Source: Fistulifera solaris
Lineage: Eukaryota
Reading direction: 5' to 3'
NCBI GenBank assembly: GCA_030295235.1
Contig: AP026142.1
Coordinates: 496,001-560,000 of the forward strand
DNA length: 64,000 nt
This document shows, piece after piece, positions 26,217 to 38,967 of this stretch. Each line of letters opens with the position of its first letter. Position 1 is the stretch's first letter. The notes under the pieces were generated by a model. The model saw only the letters and a list, made by a program, of their open reading frames with translations, was not told the DNA's origin and did not search any database. The position numbers and the translations under genes are program-made.

Positions 26217-28870
26217 ATGACATCACCTCCTCGGAAACAGATCCTTTTACTCCATGGTAATCGACAAACGGGGCAATTACTGCTGGGACGCATGGATCGA
26301 TTTCGTAGGCGTCTCGCGAAGGAAGGTTTTGATTTAATCGCCCCCGATGCACCCTTTCTTCACCCCGAACATGAATTCTTACGAATGTGGTGGGACCGTC
26401 ACAATGATGCGTATGAAGGGATCCATCAATCGATACAATTATTGCAACAAATATGGCAAGAACAGCACTTTGTTGGAATGATTGGATTTTCACAAGGAGC
26501 TCGTTTCGTCGAATTATTGTTGCGATGGCATTTTCAAAATCCCGAGTCGTCCGGCTTTGCAGGTCTCCAATTTGGAATCATGATTGCTGGATATGATGCG
26601 CCTCTTCCGACTAACTGGTGTCTTTCGACAAACCACCAACAGTTAGTTCAAATACCAACACTCCATGTTATGGGATTACACGATGAGCTCGTACCTCCCG
26701 AAAAAAGTCGAAAGGCGGCCACCTACTTTTACAATCCACAATTTCTGGAACATGAAGGAGGTCATCATGTACCGGTGCAAAGTCCACGAGTCACAGCCTA
26801 TGTAAAATTCATTCAATATGCACTGCAACAAGCAACGACACGAATGGAAACCAATTTGAAAGACGACGCCTTGAGAACTTCCCTGCCCGATCCAGAAATA
26901 GCCGAAATGCAACGAGATGAGCTAGAAGCACTGCAAGCTATTTTTCCAGAAGAATTTATCATACCAAACGGAAATCCACAATATCCTATTACATTTCAAA
27001 TAGCATTGCCGAAAACGGAGGAGGGCTGGTGGCCTCCACATCCCATTGCCCTGGAGTTTACGTTTCCTCCTCAATATCCGACAGAATGCAGGCCCATCAT
27101 GAATCTCATTCATAACAATAATGTCATGGAATTTTCGTCGATACAGAAAGAGCGATGTATGCAGGCCATGCATCATGCTTGTCAGCTCGAAGAAGGGATG
27201 CCTTGTGTCATGTCGTGCGTGTATGCGGTCAAGGAATTGTTTGAATCAAATGAGCTTGCAGCGGCTACTCATCCAATTGCGATCGACGACACAGCCAATG
27301 ATCACCAACATGACGAAACTCATATAGAAGGGAATACAGCGAATGTTTTTCTCAGCGCATGCTCCGCAGAACGGAAACAGGCTTGCATTGACGAAGGATT
27401 AGAAATAGCTGAGAAAGTATTGCAAAATGCCGCCAATGACATCGATAGTAACATGGGCAAAAAGGAGGACAATATCGATTGACTCTGGGACTCGTTGGAA
27501 AACCTTCGGCCGGAAAGTCTACGTTCTTTAATGCCGCCACGGGATTTGCACGACAACGTGGTGACAAAGAAAGCTCACTGGGAGGCGCCACAATGGCACC
27601 GCATCCATTCACGACTATTGATGCCAATATTGGGTATTGTCTTGTCCCGGCACCAGTAGGAAGCTGTCCGGAAGAGGATTATACGGGTGACCAAACTATT
27701 GGGTGCACACACGGCCGTGACAGTCAAGGCCGCCGACTGATCCCGGTTCTACTGAAAGATGTAGCGGGTTTAGTGCCAGGGGCCTACAAGGGACGTGGTC
27801 GTGGTAACAAGTTTTTGAATGATTTGACGGACGCGCACGTTCTCATTCACATTTTAGATGCGAGTGGTACATCCGATGAAGGTGGAAACGCTCTTGGAGA
27901 AGACTTCGACACCGGCTCCAATGGGGCGTCACATCCGCTGCATGATCTCGAATGGATAAGAAAAGAGTTAATTGAATGGGTATATTCAAATGTAATACAA
28001 AAGTGGGAATCAATTCTAAGGAAAGGAAAAACGAAATTATCGGACATGTTCAGCGGATACGGGCAGACAGAAGGCGTGACTGCGGCAGTTATTGGAGAGG
28101 TGGAATCGTTCATGACTGTGTCGACTGGACAAGCTTATTCTTTCGACGATTTGAGCAAGTGGGATAGCGGTGATTTGCACCGTTTAGTGTCAGCGTTTTT
28201 AGGTGTTCGATTTCCAGTTGTTTTGGCCTTAAATAAGATGGACCTTCCCTCGAGCAAAGAGAACATTCGGGAGGTGCAGGAAGCTCTTCCAATTCATGGA
28301 GCACACATCGGAGTTCCCTTATCGGCAAATCAGGAGATGATTTTCGTGAAATCATCGATCGAAAGAGTTTTAGTGCGCGACTCGGCTCCAGCTACGCTAC
28401 TTGAGGCGAATTCTCCGCCTCTCGGAGTTTGGCAATGTCTTCATGAAGCAGTATTCTTGGCAAACCCAATTCTTGTCTTTCCCGTCTCTGACTTTTCAAC
28501 ACTTTCGCCTTTGCCTGGCTTGAGAAAAATTGCTATAGAAGACTCCTCGTTACCGAGCCCTGGCATGATTAGCTGCTTGATATCATCTGGTGGAAAGGCG
28601 CCGACACACTGGAATGCAGAAGATCAATTGTATCGTTCAGCAGCATCCGGAATCTCGCTTCGGGACGTCATTGTTATGAAGCCTGGCTCTAGTGTCGAAG
28701 ATTTGTTCTTCGTTTTGAAGCGATTAGGTGCCTTTGGGGGAGAGTTTGTGAGGGCGGAAGGAATATATGCCATAGGAGATCCTCCGAAGCAAGTTCCAAA
28801 GGGAAGAATGCTGGCAAAAGATATCCGCATTATAAAAATCATGACAAATAAAAAGGCATCTTGGCAATGA
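26217..28870 (+). CDS. Apparent fusion protein: FSH1/OVCA2 serine hydrolase + RWD domain + Obg-family Ygr210/YchF-like GTPase
   Basis: FSH1: LLLHGNRQ, GFSQG, DELV, GGHHVP. RWD: QRDELEALQAIF, FPPQYP, EEGMPC. GTPase: GLVGKPSAGKSTFFNA, PFTTI, DVAGLVPGA, NKMD. The ORFs join by adding one A to the run at ~27459-27463 (GKKGGQYRLTLGLVGKP). Confidence 0.78.
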
Positions 28871-29120
28871 ACAGATGTGTATCAACATGTTCGTTCATGG
28901 GTTCCGGAGTAGTATCGATAAGCAATAACCAGGTCAGCTCCGATTCTCTTGATGCAAATGATCAGTTTTTTTGGTTCCCTGTTCCCTTGCTCCAGAGTTA
29001 AAAAGTTTAATTAAAAACTCAAGCTTTCTGGGATCAACTATTTCGGAGTAAGAAATAGCGAATAGCGTGGGTCGGAATCACGAGTTCTGATGTGTCAATG
29101 GATGAAAAAGTAGTCTTGGG

Positions 29121-29134
29121 TGTTGACGTCAACA
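29121..29134. promoter_or_regulatory. Perfect 14-bp palindrome TGTTGACGTCAACA containing a CRE/bZIP (TGACGTCA) core
   Basis: Read directly from the sequence, about 175 nt upstream of the Mpv17 ATG. Function is inferred. Confidence 0.4.
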
Positions 29135-29308
29135 TTTTCTGCCCTCGACGGAGACGGAGCGCATTTCGTCACACTGTCTCATAAAAATGCCGTTGCAGTT
29201 GCAAGAGGAATGATATCGTTCACTACTGTTGCTTGCTCTGTCTGGTGTTGCTAATACATTCAACTTATCAATAACTCTCACTTAACAGTTTTCATTGTCG
29301 TATAAAAG

Positions 29309-30130
29309 ATGACCGCAAAACGGAAGCAGTGCACCGCCTTTTTGTTTCTCTGTCTTCGTATTTTTTCCTTCCCAGGAAGCGACGCTTTTCGATTCGACAG
29401 CTCAGTACTTTCTACTCCCCGTCTGGTTCCGAGAAACCCATACTCCATTGCAAGAACGCGTTATCGGCAAGTCATTGCGCGAAGAATGCTTAGCGAAGCT
29501 TTCTTAACTGTCGAAAATTTTTATATTACCTCGCCTTACGTTGCTGCCGCCATAACGTGCGGTGTAAAAGCATCAGCAGCCGACTTTGTTGCCCAAAAAA
29601 GACAAATCCGTAAGAGGGAAGAAGTTACCGGGAGCATGAAGGCTACTTTTCAAAGCGCTAGAAATGTCGCGTTTCTGATTTATGGAGCTCTATATCAAGG
29701 CATGGCCCAAGAGTTTATCTACAACGATCTCTATCCTTTGTGGTTCGGGACTTCGTCGATGCCCCTAACAGTTCTAAAAAAGACGGTCTTCGACGTTTTT
29801 GTACAGACACCGTTGCTCACATTACCTATTGCTTATTTCTTCAAAGCAGTTGTATTCCAACATTCTCCAAGAGAAGCAATCCGGAGGTATGTGGAAGACG
29901 TTACCAAGAAGGGCCTTTTACAGAAGTACGTCCTACTATGGGCTCCAGTTCAATGCTTGACATTCAGTGTGGTTCCTCCCCACCTACGTATATCCTTCAT
30001 CGCCTTTGTTTCATTCTTTTGGCTGATAATCTTCTCATCTGTATCTGGAAAGCGACAAGAAATCAACACCAAGGAGGAGAGCGATACGTGCGATCTCGTC
30101 GACGGAACGACATGCAACATTGATGGTTAA
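29309..30130 (+). CDS. Mpv17/PMP22 family membrane protein with plastid-type presequence
   Basis: ADFVAQ, KKTVFDVFVQTP and LWAPVQCLTFSVVPPHLRISFIAFVSFFWLIIFS. Signal ends SDA-F. Confidence 0.88.
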   Translation: MTAKRKQCTAFLFLCLRIFSFPGSDAFRFDSSVLSTPRLVPRNPYSIARTRYRQVIARRMLSEAFLTVENFYITSPYVAAAITCGVKASAADFVAQKRQIRKREEVTGSMKATFQSARNVAFLIYGALYQGMAQEFIYNDLYPLWFGTSSMPLTVLKKTVFDVFVQTPLLTLPIAYFFKAVVFQHSPREAIRRYVEDVTKKGLLQKYVLLWAPVQCLTFSVVPPHLRISFIAFVSFFWLIIFSSVSGKRQEINTKEESDTCDLVDGTTCNIDG

Positions 30131-30707
30131 GTGAAATTATCTGTTTTCTCACACGAAGAATCTTGTATTTCTGATAGTTCAAACTTGACTCGCAACGAAT
30201 TACCAGCGAAGTGGACGTGCTAATCATATCAACGTAGATTGTCGACAACCTACACAGAAAGTAGAATTGTGAACCCACGACAACTATACCAATGAAATTT
30301 TTTCTTAATCAATAGAATAAAATTAAATGGGCCTAGAGGTCTCTTTTCGAACTGACTGTACAACGAACCGAATATCTGTTTTAAAACGGCAACACGTTTT
30401 CTGCTCAATCTTTAGCATGCCAGATATCTGGGAAGGTCGTAGACGTGCGCGTCTGGTGGGATAATGGTACGGTACTCGCAGCTGGATTTCAGTCCCGAAC
30501 TCGCGATTGCGTCGCAAATCCTCCGTATTTTTTTTGTCGTTCGCATTTATTCTATCTATATCTTTGGAATGAACCATGGTCGTTGACTCGACAGTGACGG
30601 CAACGATACTTAATTTCTACGACAACCAGTTTAAAAGCCGTAGTTTGTAAGATTGGCGCCTCAAAGCGATAAGAAAGATTGTGAAAGTTGGCTTTTCAAA
30701 CCAAATA

Positions 30708-31874
30708 ATGCAGCGCCTTTCCACCGGTAATGTCCTCCTGTTTCTGAATCTTGACTCCATCCACGCATTCGTTCATACGTCTTTCCCAGTTTTTACTCCA
30801 AAACGAGCGTCAGGTCTGTTTGTCAAACCTTCTCGATTGCCGGACAATGTCGATGGCGTTCTTTACGTGAACGACCAGTGTATCAACTGTGCCGCTTGTA
30901 GTCAATTTGCACCGCAAAGTTTTGCACGGAGCGAACCCTTTCATGTTGTTTATCGACAGCCTCAATCCGCACTAGAAATCCAACAAGCTCGACAAGCATT
31001 ACTGGCGTGTCCCGTTGCGGCGATTCGTGTGGAAACAAAGGGAGAACGGCAGAAACGCAGGAACGATTCCGAATGGAAAGAGACGGATCAAGAGCTCGTG
31101 GACCAATTGAGCGGAAAAGATGAGGATGGGCTGGCGTTTCCGAGGCCTTTTCTGGACGACATACCGGATGTCTATTGGGTCGGTCATCACAACAGCGCAT
31201 CGTTTGGCGCCATTCCGTATCTCTTCCAGACACCCGATCACGAGTGGATCATGGTGGATACACCCAAGTACGGTTCCGCTGCCGTTCAAGGTGTGACTTC
31301 GTTGACCGGACCCCAAGGTCCCAATTATTTGGTTTTGACGCATGTCGATGATACAGCAGATCACAGGAAATGGGCCGATCACTTTGCACCTCATTTGCAA
31401 CGAATCTTTCATTCTGGCGATTTGGGTCAGCACAACTGGTTGGGTGATACGACACTAGAGGATGTTGAAATTCTCTTGGAAAATTCTCCTTCCTTGGACG
31501 AATTGACGGTGTTTTCGCTCAACGGAACAAGAAGGCACGAGGTGGACTGGGCGACTCTAACGGAGCCTGTTATTCTCCACACCCCGGGGCATTCACCAGG
31601 TAGCATTTCACTGTTCCACAACGCCGGAGCGGATTGCAAGATATTGTTCTCTGGCGATACTTATGCCTTTTCTACCCGCACGAATACTATGACAGGGTTC
31701 CCACGCTATGGGCATGATCGAAAGTTGCAAGCCAAAATGCTAGAAAAATTAATTGCTGTAAACTTCACCGTGGTAGCCCCTGGCCATGGTCACCCACGGG
31801 ATTATCGCGGAATGGATCCTCAGCGGCGTTACGAAGAGTTATTGCCAGCATTAAAAGAGCTCCGAAACGGGTAG
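30708..31874 (+). CDS. Ferredoxin-domain metallo-beta-lactamase-fold hydrolase (cyanobacterial/plant type), plastid-targeted
   Basis: Fe-S motif CINCAAC...ACPVAAI. MBL motifs THVDDTADH, HTPGHSPG, FSGD and PGHG. Presequence ends IHA-F. Confidence 0.85.
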   Translation: MQRLSTGNVLLFLNLDSIHAFVHTSFPVFTPKRASGLFVKPSRLPDNVDGVLYVNDQCINCAACSQFAPQSFARSEPFHVVYRQPQSALEIQQARQALLACPVAAIRVETKGERQKRRNDSEWKETDQELVDQLSGKDEDGLAFPRPFLDDIPDVYWVGHHNSASFGAIPYLFQTPDHEWIMVDTPKYGSAAVQGVTSLTGPQGPNYLVLTHVDDTADHRKWADHFAPHLQRIFHSGDLGQHNWLGDTTLEDVEILLENSPSLDELTVFSLNGTRRHEVDWATLTEPVILHTPGHSPGSISLFHNAGADCKILFSGDTYAFSTRTNTMTGFPRYGHDRKLQAKMLEKLIAVNFTVVAPGHGHPRDYRGMDPQRRYEELLPALKELRNG

Positions 31875-32393
31875 AATGGTGTGAGTGTGTGATCAACAAA
31901 CAGGCCGTGTACTCTTTAAGTTATTCTGCGGTATCATGGAGGATACGGAAGAACCATGTTTAGTTAGATGACTGGTATCAATAACGCTAGCTAAATCGTG
32001 TATCCAGGTTTCTTCGGTGGCGCGCTCTTTTTCCGCGCACAGGGGACGATCGTTGCGTTCCGTTGTAGTTTAAATTATCCGTTGATTTCTACGTCTTCCT
32101 AGTACAATTCAAATATTTGTACGTTGGCGTAAGCTGATCTCCATCTATTGGAATAAGCTTCTACGTAATCAATTTGAATGATGCACCCTATTTCTTCCGC
32201 ATTGGCGCGCTTTCCCCCCCGTTAGTTCCTCCCGCTTTTTGCGTGGCGCGAGAGACGTTGCAATTGCGCACAACAAAGAGTGCAGACACAACAAATCATA
32301 ACTCCGTCAAGAAGGAATGTCCTTACAGTCTGTCAAATATTAATAATAATCCACTTGACTAGAATTATCGAGAAAGGAACTATATATATAAAG

Positions 32394-35036
32394 ATGCTGC
32401 GGAAGTTCAGTCTGTTGACTTGTTGGACGGCATCCGTATCATTGTTCGAGCGCAGCAATGCTGAACCTTGTGTGAATACAGCTTACGAGGATATTTACAC
32501 TTGCACCGACCCAGAAGTGATGCTAGCGGATCCGACGATTCAATGTGATCCGGCGACTTGTTTATGGAATTTGAATGCCTTCAATCCGGGGCAACCGCCT
32601 GAACCGTGTGCGGCGATTCTTCTCCTCGAACAGCAAGTGGCCGATCTTCCGGATTTGCTCGAACCTTGCTTGTGGTGGGAAATGCTGTATGGAGATCTCG
32701 GCTACCTTTTGCCGGAGCCTGCAGTCGTCGTCCCAAGTCCCAATCCGTCGCCTTTGGGTGACCTATCTGTGGCGCCTACCTTGGTTGGTGAGTCCTTTTG
32801 TTGCGTCTCTAATTATGAAAATTTGCAAACTTTTTTCTTCTTTCTCACCTTCTTTCGTATTCTATTTTCTTGTCGTAGAATCCGATACACCTTCTGTAGA
32901 CTATACGGTAGGTCCGTCGTATTCCTCACTGGAAACCTCTCCGCCCCCTTCATCCACCACAGCCGATAAAGATGTGACACCGAGCCCCAGTCGCGTCGGT
33001 AAACTTTCGATTCCTTTACAGAGCATGCTTTTGACCTTTGTGTTTGAACGCTACCGTGGATTTCGATTGCGTCGTCTGAACGAAATCGGTCTGCTCGCTA
33101 CGGACGAGTCACGGGACGCATTGATGAAAGTCACCCGCGAGCACTTGATTGCCAATATTCCCCAAGTCGTTGACGCGGATTTGACCATGAGTCGGGTCGA
33201 TCAAGGGGAAACGCCCAATGAGAAAATGGAGACTCTACTGTTGATGGGTACGTTGTACTTTGCCGCCGAAGCGGCCGCAGAAAATAGTTTGCCCGATCTC
33301 AGTCCCACCAGTGTGCGTCGACAAGTGGAAGATGTTTTTGACGACAATGATTCGGTGCTGCGGTTCATTCACGCACTGCGAGAAACCGATCAAGCTGCGT
33401 TCCAAGACATTGTCTTGGTGTATCCTGGTATTGTGTCGCCGGATTCGGATCTGCAAAGAACATCCAATGACGAGGAAGAAAGTTTCTGGGACTCGTTTTT
33501 CTTCAACTGGCAAAACCCCGTGTGGATCGTCGTGGCGGCCGGTGTTTCCGCAGCTCTCTTGGGATTGTGCGCCGTGCTCGGTGTCACCTGCTACGTTCGT
33601 GCGGAGCGACGCAAAGAACTCGCTCATCACCAGCTGGCCACTCGAAAGTCCGATGATACATCCAAGACCGCTGGAGAGAGAAACCTCTACAACGTGGAAG
33701 AGAGCGTCCACGAGGACGACATTAGTATGAATGGGCAAAGCGAAATCGGATATCAAGAAAGTGAAGTTACTTCGGTTTACTCGTACCTCGACAACAACAA
33801 TACCATGCTAGATGATCAATCATTCTCTGTGGCACCATCCTATACGTTCCCTGGACCGGAATACGATGATAACCGATCCGTCATGTGGAGTGTCATTCAT
33901 GATGCCAAGAAGAATGACATTTTGGACGATTTGGACAGTATCGCTGGCGTATCACTTGCAACGAGACAGACTACTGCAGAGAATCGCTCTGTGGTTCGCG
34001 AGCGCCAGCTAAGCGAGGATAGCGACGACGATGTGTTCTCACTTTTGAGTCAGAATGGCGGCCCCTCTCCGCCGTCTGAAACGAAACGCAAAAGCTCAGC
34101 ATCCACACCAACACCGCAAGATAATCCTGCCAGCTTAGAGAAAGTAGCCGGAGATGGTGCGGCAAGTAAGGCTAGCCCCGAATCTATTTCTGGTGCTTCT
34201 CAGGCTTCACGGGAGTCCCTTAGCAAGTTTTCCAAAATGGTGACTGGATTCCGAGCGAAAAATAGCAGTGTCAAAGTATCGCCCAAGAACTATCAGCAGC
34301 TTGATGATTCGGATGGCTCCCACCACAGCTGGGACAAAGAGCTGGGTATTCAACCCTCACCGGACGATCTAGATGAAGACAGTGTGTTTATGGATGACTC
34401 GGAAGAAGATGAAACTGTCGCGTCGCATCTTGCTCCTCTTTCATCCATTCAGAGAATTTCATCCGGAGGAGAGAATGTTGACAGTGACGCATCTTCAAAC
34501 GAAAACGCCGATGTCCCGAATGACGACAATAATTCTGTTGACTCAAGAGATTCACATGGAAAAAGGTTGAACCGGCTCAATTTGTTGTTCGTACCAGTGA
34601 TACAATTGACACAGGATACCTAGCAACGTACAGCGAAGACACAGCTCATTCTGACGGAAAGGACAGTACATCATCCGAAAAAGAGAACATCAGCATTGAA
34701 ACAGCTCTTGATGGAGATTTAAAAAATGACGAGAACACTGCTGATGAAATACAGACTGGGTCGGATGGCGACAATACTGAACAAGAACCGTTCGACGATT
34801 TAATTGCACCGCCTCTGACGGAGAAGATCGAGTGCTCGGATAACATTCAAACTTCGGAATCCGAAACAGGTAATCTGAATACTGAATTAGCCGAAAAAGA
34901 GAAGATCGACCTTGACCAGTTACCGAAAAAGCATTCGCCCGAGGAAGAGGCACCGGTCGACCTTAATGACAACAAGCCGTCGAACCTCGTAGTTGAAGAC
35001 GAGGTACCTGCGATATACACATTGGCTTCGTTCTAA
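32394..35036 (+). CDS. Secreted type-I membrane protein with Cys-rich N-terminus, S/T/P stalk, single TM and long acidic tail
   Basis: Signal MLRKFSLLTCWTASVSL, intron 32788-32878, TM VWIVVAAGVSAALLGLCAVLGVTCYV. The 3' end beyond ~34565 is uncertain (probable intron or frameshifts, stop at 35036). Confidence 0.6.
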
Positions 35037-35136
35037 GATAGAAGCGTTCACCAGTTTCAGTTACAACTGACTCGCTCATTATAATTTGTTTTAAATACAT
35101 ATTCCTACAAATAGTTGTGAATGGCTTGCAATTTTG

Positions 35137-36896
35137 TTAAATTTCGTCTTCACGTCGCAATCCGGCAGGAACGCTCCTTGACTTGGAAGTCAATGAACTG
35201 TTTCTTGTCGATTGTGAATCGGAACTTTTCTTACTCCTCGACGACCCAGTAGAGGCGTCTGATTCTGAGGGTCCTTCTCTGTCCGAATAATGATCGGGTA
35301 ACACAAGAGCAAGATCATCTAATTGCTGATCCTGCCAACGACGTCTCTGCTCCGCGTAGTCATCGTCTCCAGCTGTTGATCCTACGTCATGACTCGTTGC
35401 GCTAACCGACCATACTGGACTGGCCGGAGCCGTAGGCAGTTTAGGTTTTGATTCCCGTATCTGCCTGGGAATGTGAGCAAAGAGCTCGAATTCTGGATAT
35501 TCTTTACTCAGTTCCGATCTTTCTTGATCAAGACAAGTCAAGGCACCAGAAGCAACCAGACCATCTTCCAGTCGGCCGACGCTTTCATCATCCGTGTCAT
35601 CATCAATAACAAAATTGGATTCTCGTGGCCTTGCACCGAGTCTCGTGACGTGCAAGAAAGGCTGATGGGACCGAACAAAGTTGCTACCAAAGCTTTTGTC
35701 GCTGTACGAAAAACCATCCAATGAACTTGTCTCCATTTGTCGTGTCTGCTCTTCCTCTCGTTTTCGTCGGAGATGAAGTGCGGCAGGTTTAATGCCCCCG
35801 ACACAGTCGACGATACTGAGCTACCAGAGTAGGAAGAAGAGCTCTTGGAGCCAGAAAGCGAACCCAGCACCGTCTTGATGTTCTTTCGCAGCTCACGCCT
35901 TGAGATCAGGACAACGGCCACGAGAACGAAAAACATGATAGCTCCACTGGCCAATGCAGCGTAAAGGACTGTGTTTAGACCAGACTGCTTGCCTGTCGAC
36001 GGGCTTACAACAGGTTGATACTTATCGCCTGTTTCACTCCGGGGAATATTTTCGGGCAAACTAGTGAAGAGTTGAGCATCTTTGATCTTCAAACCCTTGG
36101 CACTCAAACGCCGTTTCAATCGTGTCAAATGGGTTCCCGAAAAGAATCGTTCGACAAGTTTCGTTGCTTTATTGCTCGAGAATTGGGCTATTTCATCCAT
36201 ATCGTAGCTTGTTACGTAAAAGTCAACGTCCACATCGAAATACATGGTCATGAGGGGATGTCCGTCGACCGACGACAAATGATCGTATTCATGATAAAAA
36301 ATGAGGGATAACTCAAAGCTGTCCAAGATATCTCCTCCGTACGTATTCATGTAGGTTCTCATGAGAGATTCTGTGGCTTGGAATATAATTTGCTCTGATT
36401 GGAGAGGATCAAAATCACCTTTCAGTTGAATCGTTCTCGGTGCTGCAGCAACCGTAGCCTTTTGTAGAGTTGGTCGATCGACTACGAGGACCTCCTTCTC
36501 CTCCTCGTCTTCTTCTTCTTCTTCTTCAGTTATTGCGGAGAGAGTCGTGTATGCAGTAGGACTCAGAGTCGGTCTTGATGTGGGAGACGCTTTGGGAGGC
36601 TTGGACTCCCCCTTCTTTCTCGCTTCGCCGGCGACAGTTGGGGATGGTGTGTCATTTTTACTTGCCGAGCTTTGTTTTCCGACAGGTTCAAATCCGGAAC
36701 CACTCCATGCACTGCTCGTGATCTCATCACCTACAAATATAGAAGAAAACGACTTCTTTCGCTTTGTGCGATGCCCGGAAGTTGTCGATGACACATCTGG
36801 ATGGAACACTCCGTGTTGTTGTTGTTGCGCGTTCGTGGTCACCCAAGTTGCCGCAAGTATACCGAACCACCAAACGGAATGAAGAACTGATTTCAT
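35137..36896 (-). CDS. Secreted type-I membrane protein with S/T/P/E stalk, single TM and Ser/acidic tail
   Basis: Signal MKSVLHSVWWFGILAATWVTTNA and TM VLYAALASGAIMFFVLVAVVLI. ORFs 35538-36896 and 35137-35736 join by a shift at ~35738. Confidence 0.65.
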
Positions 36897-37423
36897 AGTT
36901 AATTTATATTATTTTTGCTGACTTTCTTTGGATTGCCTGCTTCTGCATTTATATTCGTTTCCAATGGATCGCTGATTGTGTTTTTTTTTTTTTGTGAATT
37001 GGAACGTAAAAGGATGGTTGCTTTCCAAAAAAGTGAGCGCGTTGACCGTTGGCCGTTGAGAAAGTCGAGCAGTGCGCACAACGATTGGAGGGGAGAACCA
37101 AGCTTACTATAAAGTCCACAGAATGAAACAAGTTAGTAGACGCGGTACGACAGACTGTGGTACTTAGTACCAGTACTGGTACAAGCGTCCAAGCACGAAC
37201 ACCAAAGAACATGCATAAAAAAATGGCGCGAAATGGGCCCGAGCAGAAAGAAAACAAATGAACATTCGCATCATCATCCATTGTTGACGATGACCAAAAC
37301 GTGTGCGGTTGACCAACATTCCTGACGCCTCTGCGCTCATTGTAACAACCCGTCTCTTGTTGTTCTATTGTAACCTGTGAAGAGACATTACGCCCATACT
37401 ATACTTGTATTTACCCAATTGTC

Positions 37424-38887
37424 ATGTCATCTTCTTTGGAAACAAGCGGTCATGATGAACATGCCAACACCGAGGGCAAACCAAGTGAAGAAAGTTCACG
37501 CTCCCTGTCTCCACTGGAAATGAGGAATTTGATACTTTCGCTTCTCGCATGGGCCTGCACCGTATCCAATGTCACATTAGGTACGAGCTCGTTCAGTCAC
37601 ATTCCCTTGTTGAGACCGACCCATCCTCATCACTGATTCTTTTTTGTTTTGTTGTTTGTTAGTCGTCGGATCGAGTGGAGTCGTTGTATTATCTATCGGC
37701 GGTGATGATAGTGCATCATCGTTACCATTGGGGGGTTTTGTGATTGGAAGTGCGGCCGTCAGTCTAGCAATTACTCCATGGTTGTTTCGTTTGTGCACCA
37801 GACGAATGAGTTTCCTGACCGGTCTTGGTCTGGGATTTTTGGGAACGATCATCTGTTGTATCTCAATTGTGATTGAGTCACTCGCTTTGCTGGTGATAGG
37901 AAATTTCTTTTTGGAATGGCCACGGGAGTTGGCTTCTATTGGCGATTCACAGCAGTGGAATTGGTGCCGTCCCATTGGGCTGCTCGTGCTGTTACATTGG
38001 TGGTATCGGGAGGATGCTTGGCGGCCTTTGCTGGACCCGAATCCGCACAAGCCACTAAGGACATGTTCAGTGATGATCTGGAATATATGGGTGTATTTGT
38101 GGTGACCGCCATTTTCGGTGTGCTCAATTTCCTATTTACAATGTTGGTTCAGTTTCCAGAAAGTACCAACCCGAAATCGAACGCAATCGAATCCAGTCAT
38201 TCGAACGAAGTGAATCAAGGACCTGCCCTCACATCTATTCTCTACTCCAGTGATTTTCTCCTTCCAATGATTATATCAGGGTTAGCTTGGTCCATTATGG
38301 CCGTGCCTATGAGCGTCGTGCGAGTGGCCATGCATCAAGTGGGCTATTCGATCCGACAGTCACTCACCGTCATTGAAATTCATTTCTTGGGCATGTACAG
38401 TCCTGGTTTTGTGGCAGGACCATTGATCAAGCAATACGGACCAACGAAGGTCTGTGCGATGGGTGGAGCCCTTTTCGCCGTTTCCGTTATTTGCATGCTG
38501 TTTGCGGAATCCGAACAAGATGGGAATATGGGACTCTGGTTGGTGGGCCTTTTCGTAGTTGGTGCCGGATGGAACTTTGCATTTACGGGGGCGACGGTGT
38601 GGACGGCTAATTTGTACCGTAAGTCGCCCATGTACAAGGAGAAAGTGCAGGCGGCGAATGATTGTTTGATGTTTTTATTCTCGGGTGCATGGATTTTTGC
38701 TTCTAGTTACATCTTTGAGGCTGGAGGAAGCCAGTTGGATGGATGGAAGACAATGAACTATGTTGTCGTCGGAATGCTGCTTGTATTTTTCTGTGTGACG
38801 GGAGTTGGGTTGCAACTGGATATTGCTGCTAGTAGACAAGCCAAGGAGATTACTAATACTGCTAAAGACGGAATGGAAGACGCATAA
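37424..38887 (+). CDS. Major facilitator superfamily transporter
   Basis: About 12 hydrophobic segments, with YWRFTAVE, VVSGGCLAAFAGPE, HFLGMYSPGFVAG and GWNFAFTGAT. Intron 37581-37662, frameshift at ~37910. Confidence 0.85.
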
Positions 38888-38967
38888 ACGCATAAAAAAT
38901 AACAAAGATAGAAAAGCGTTTCTCTAAAATGGCGCTACAAATCTATACTTTATTCTATGACGTCCTT

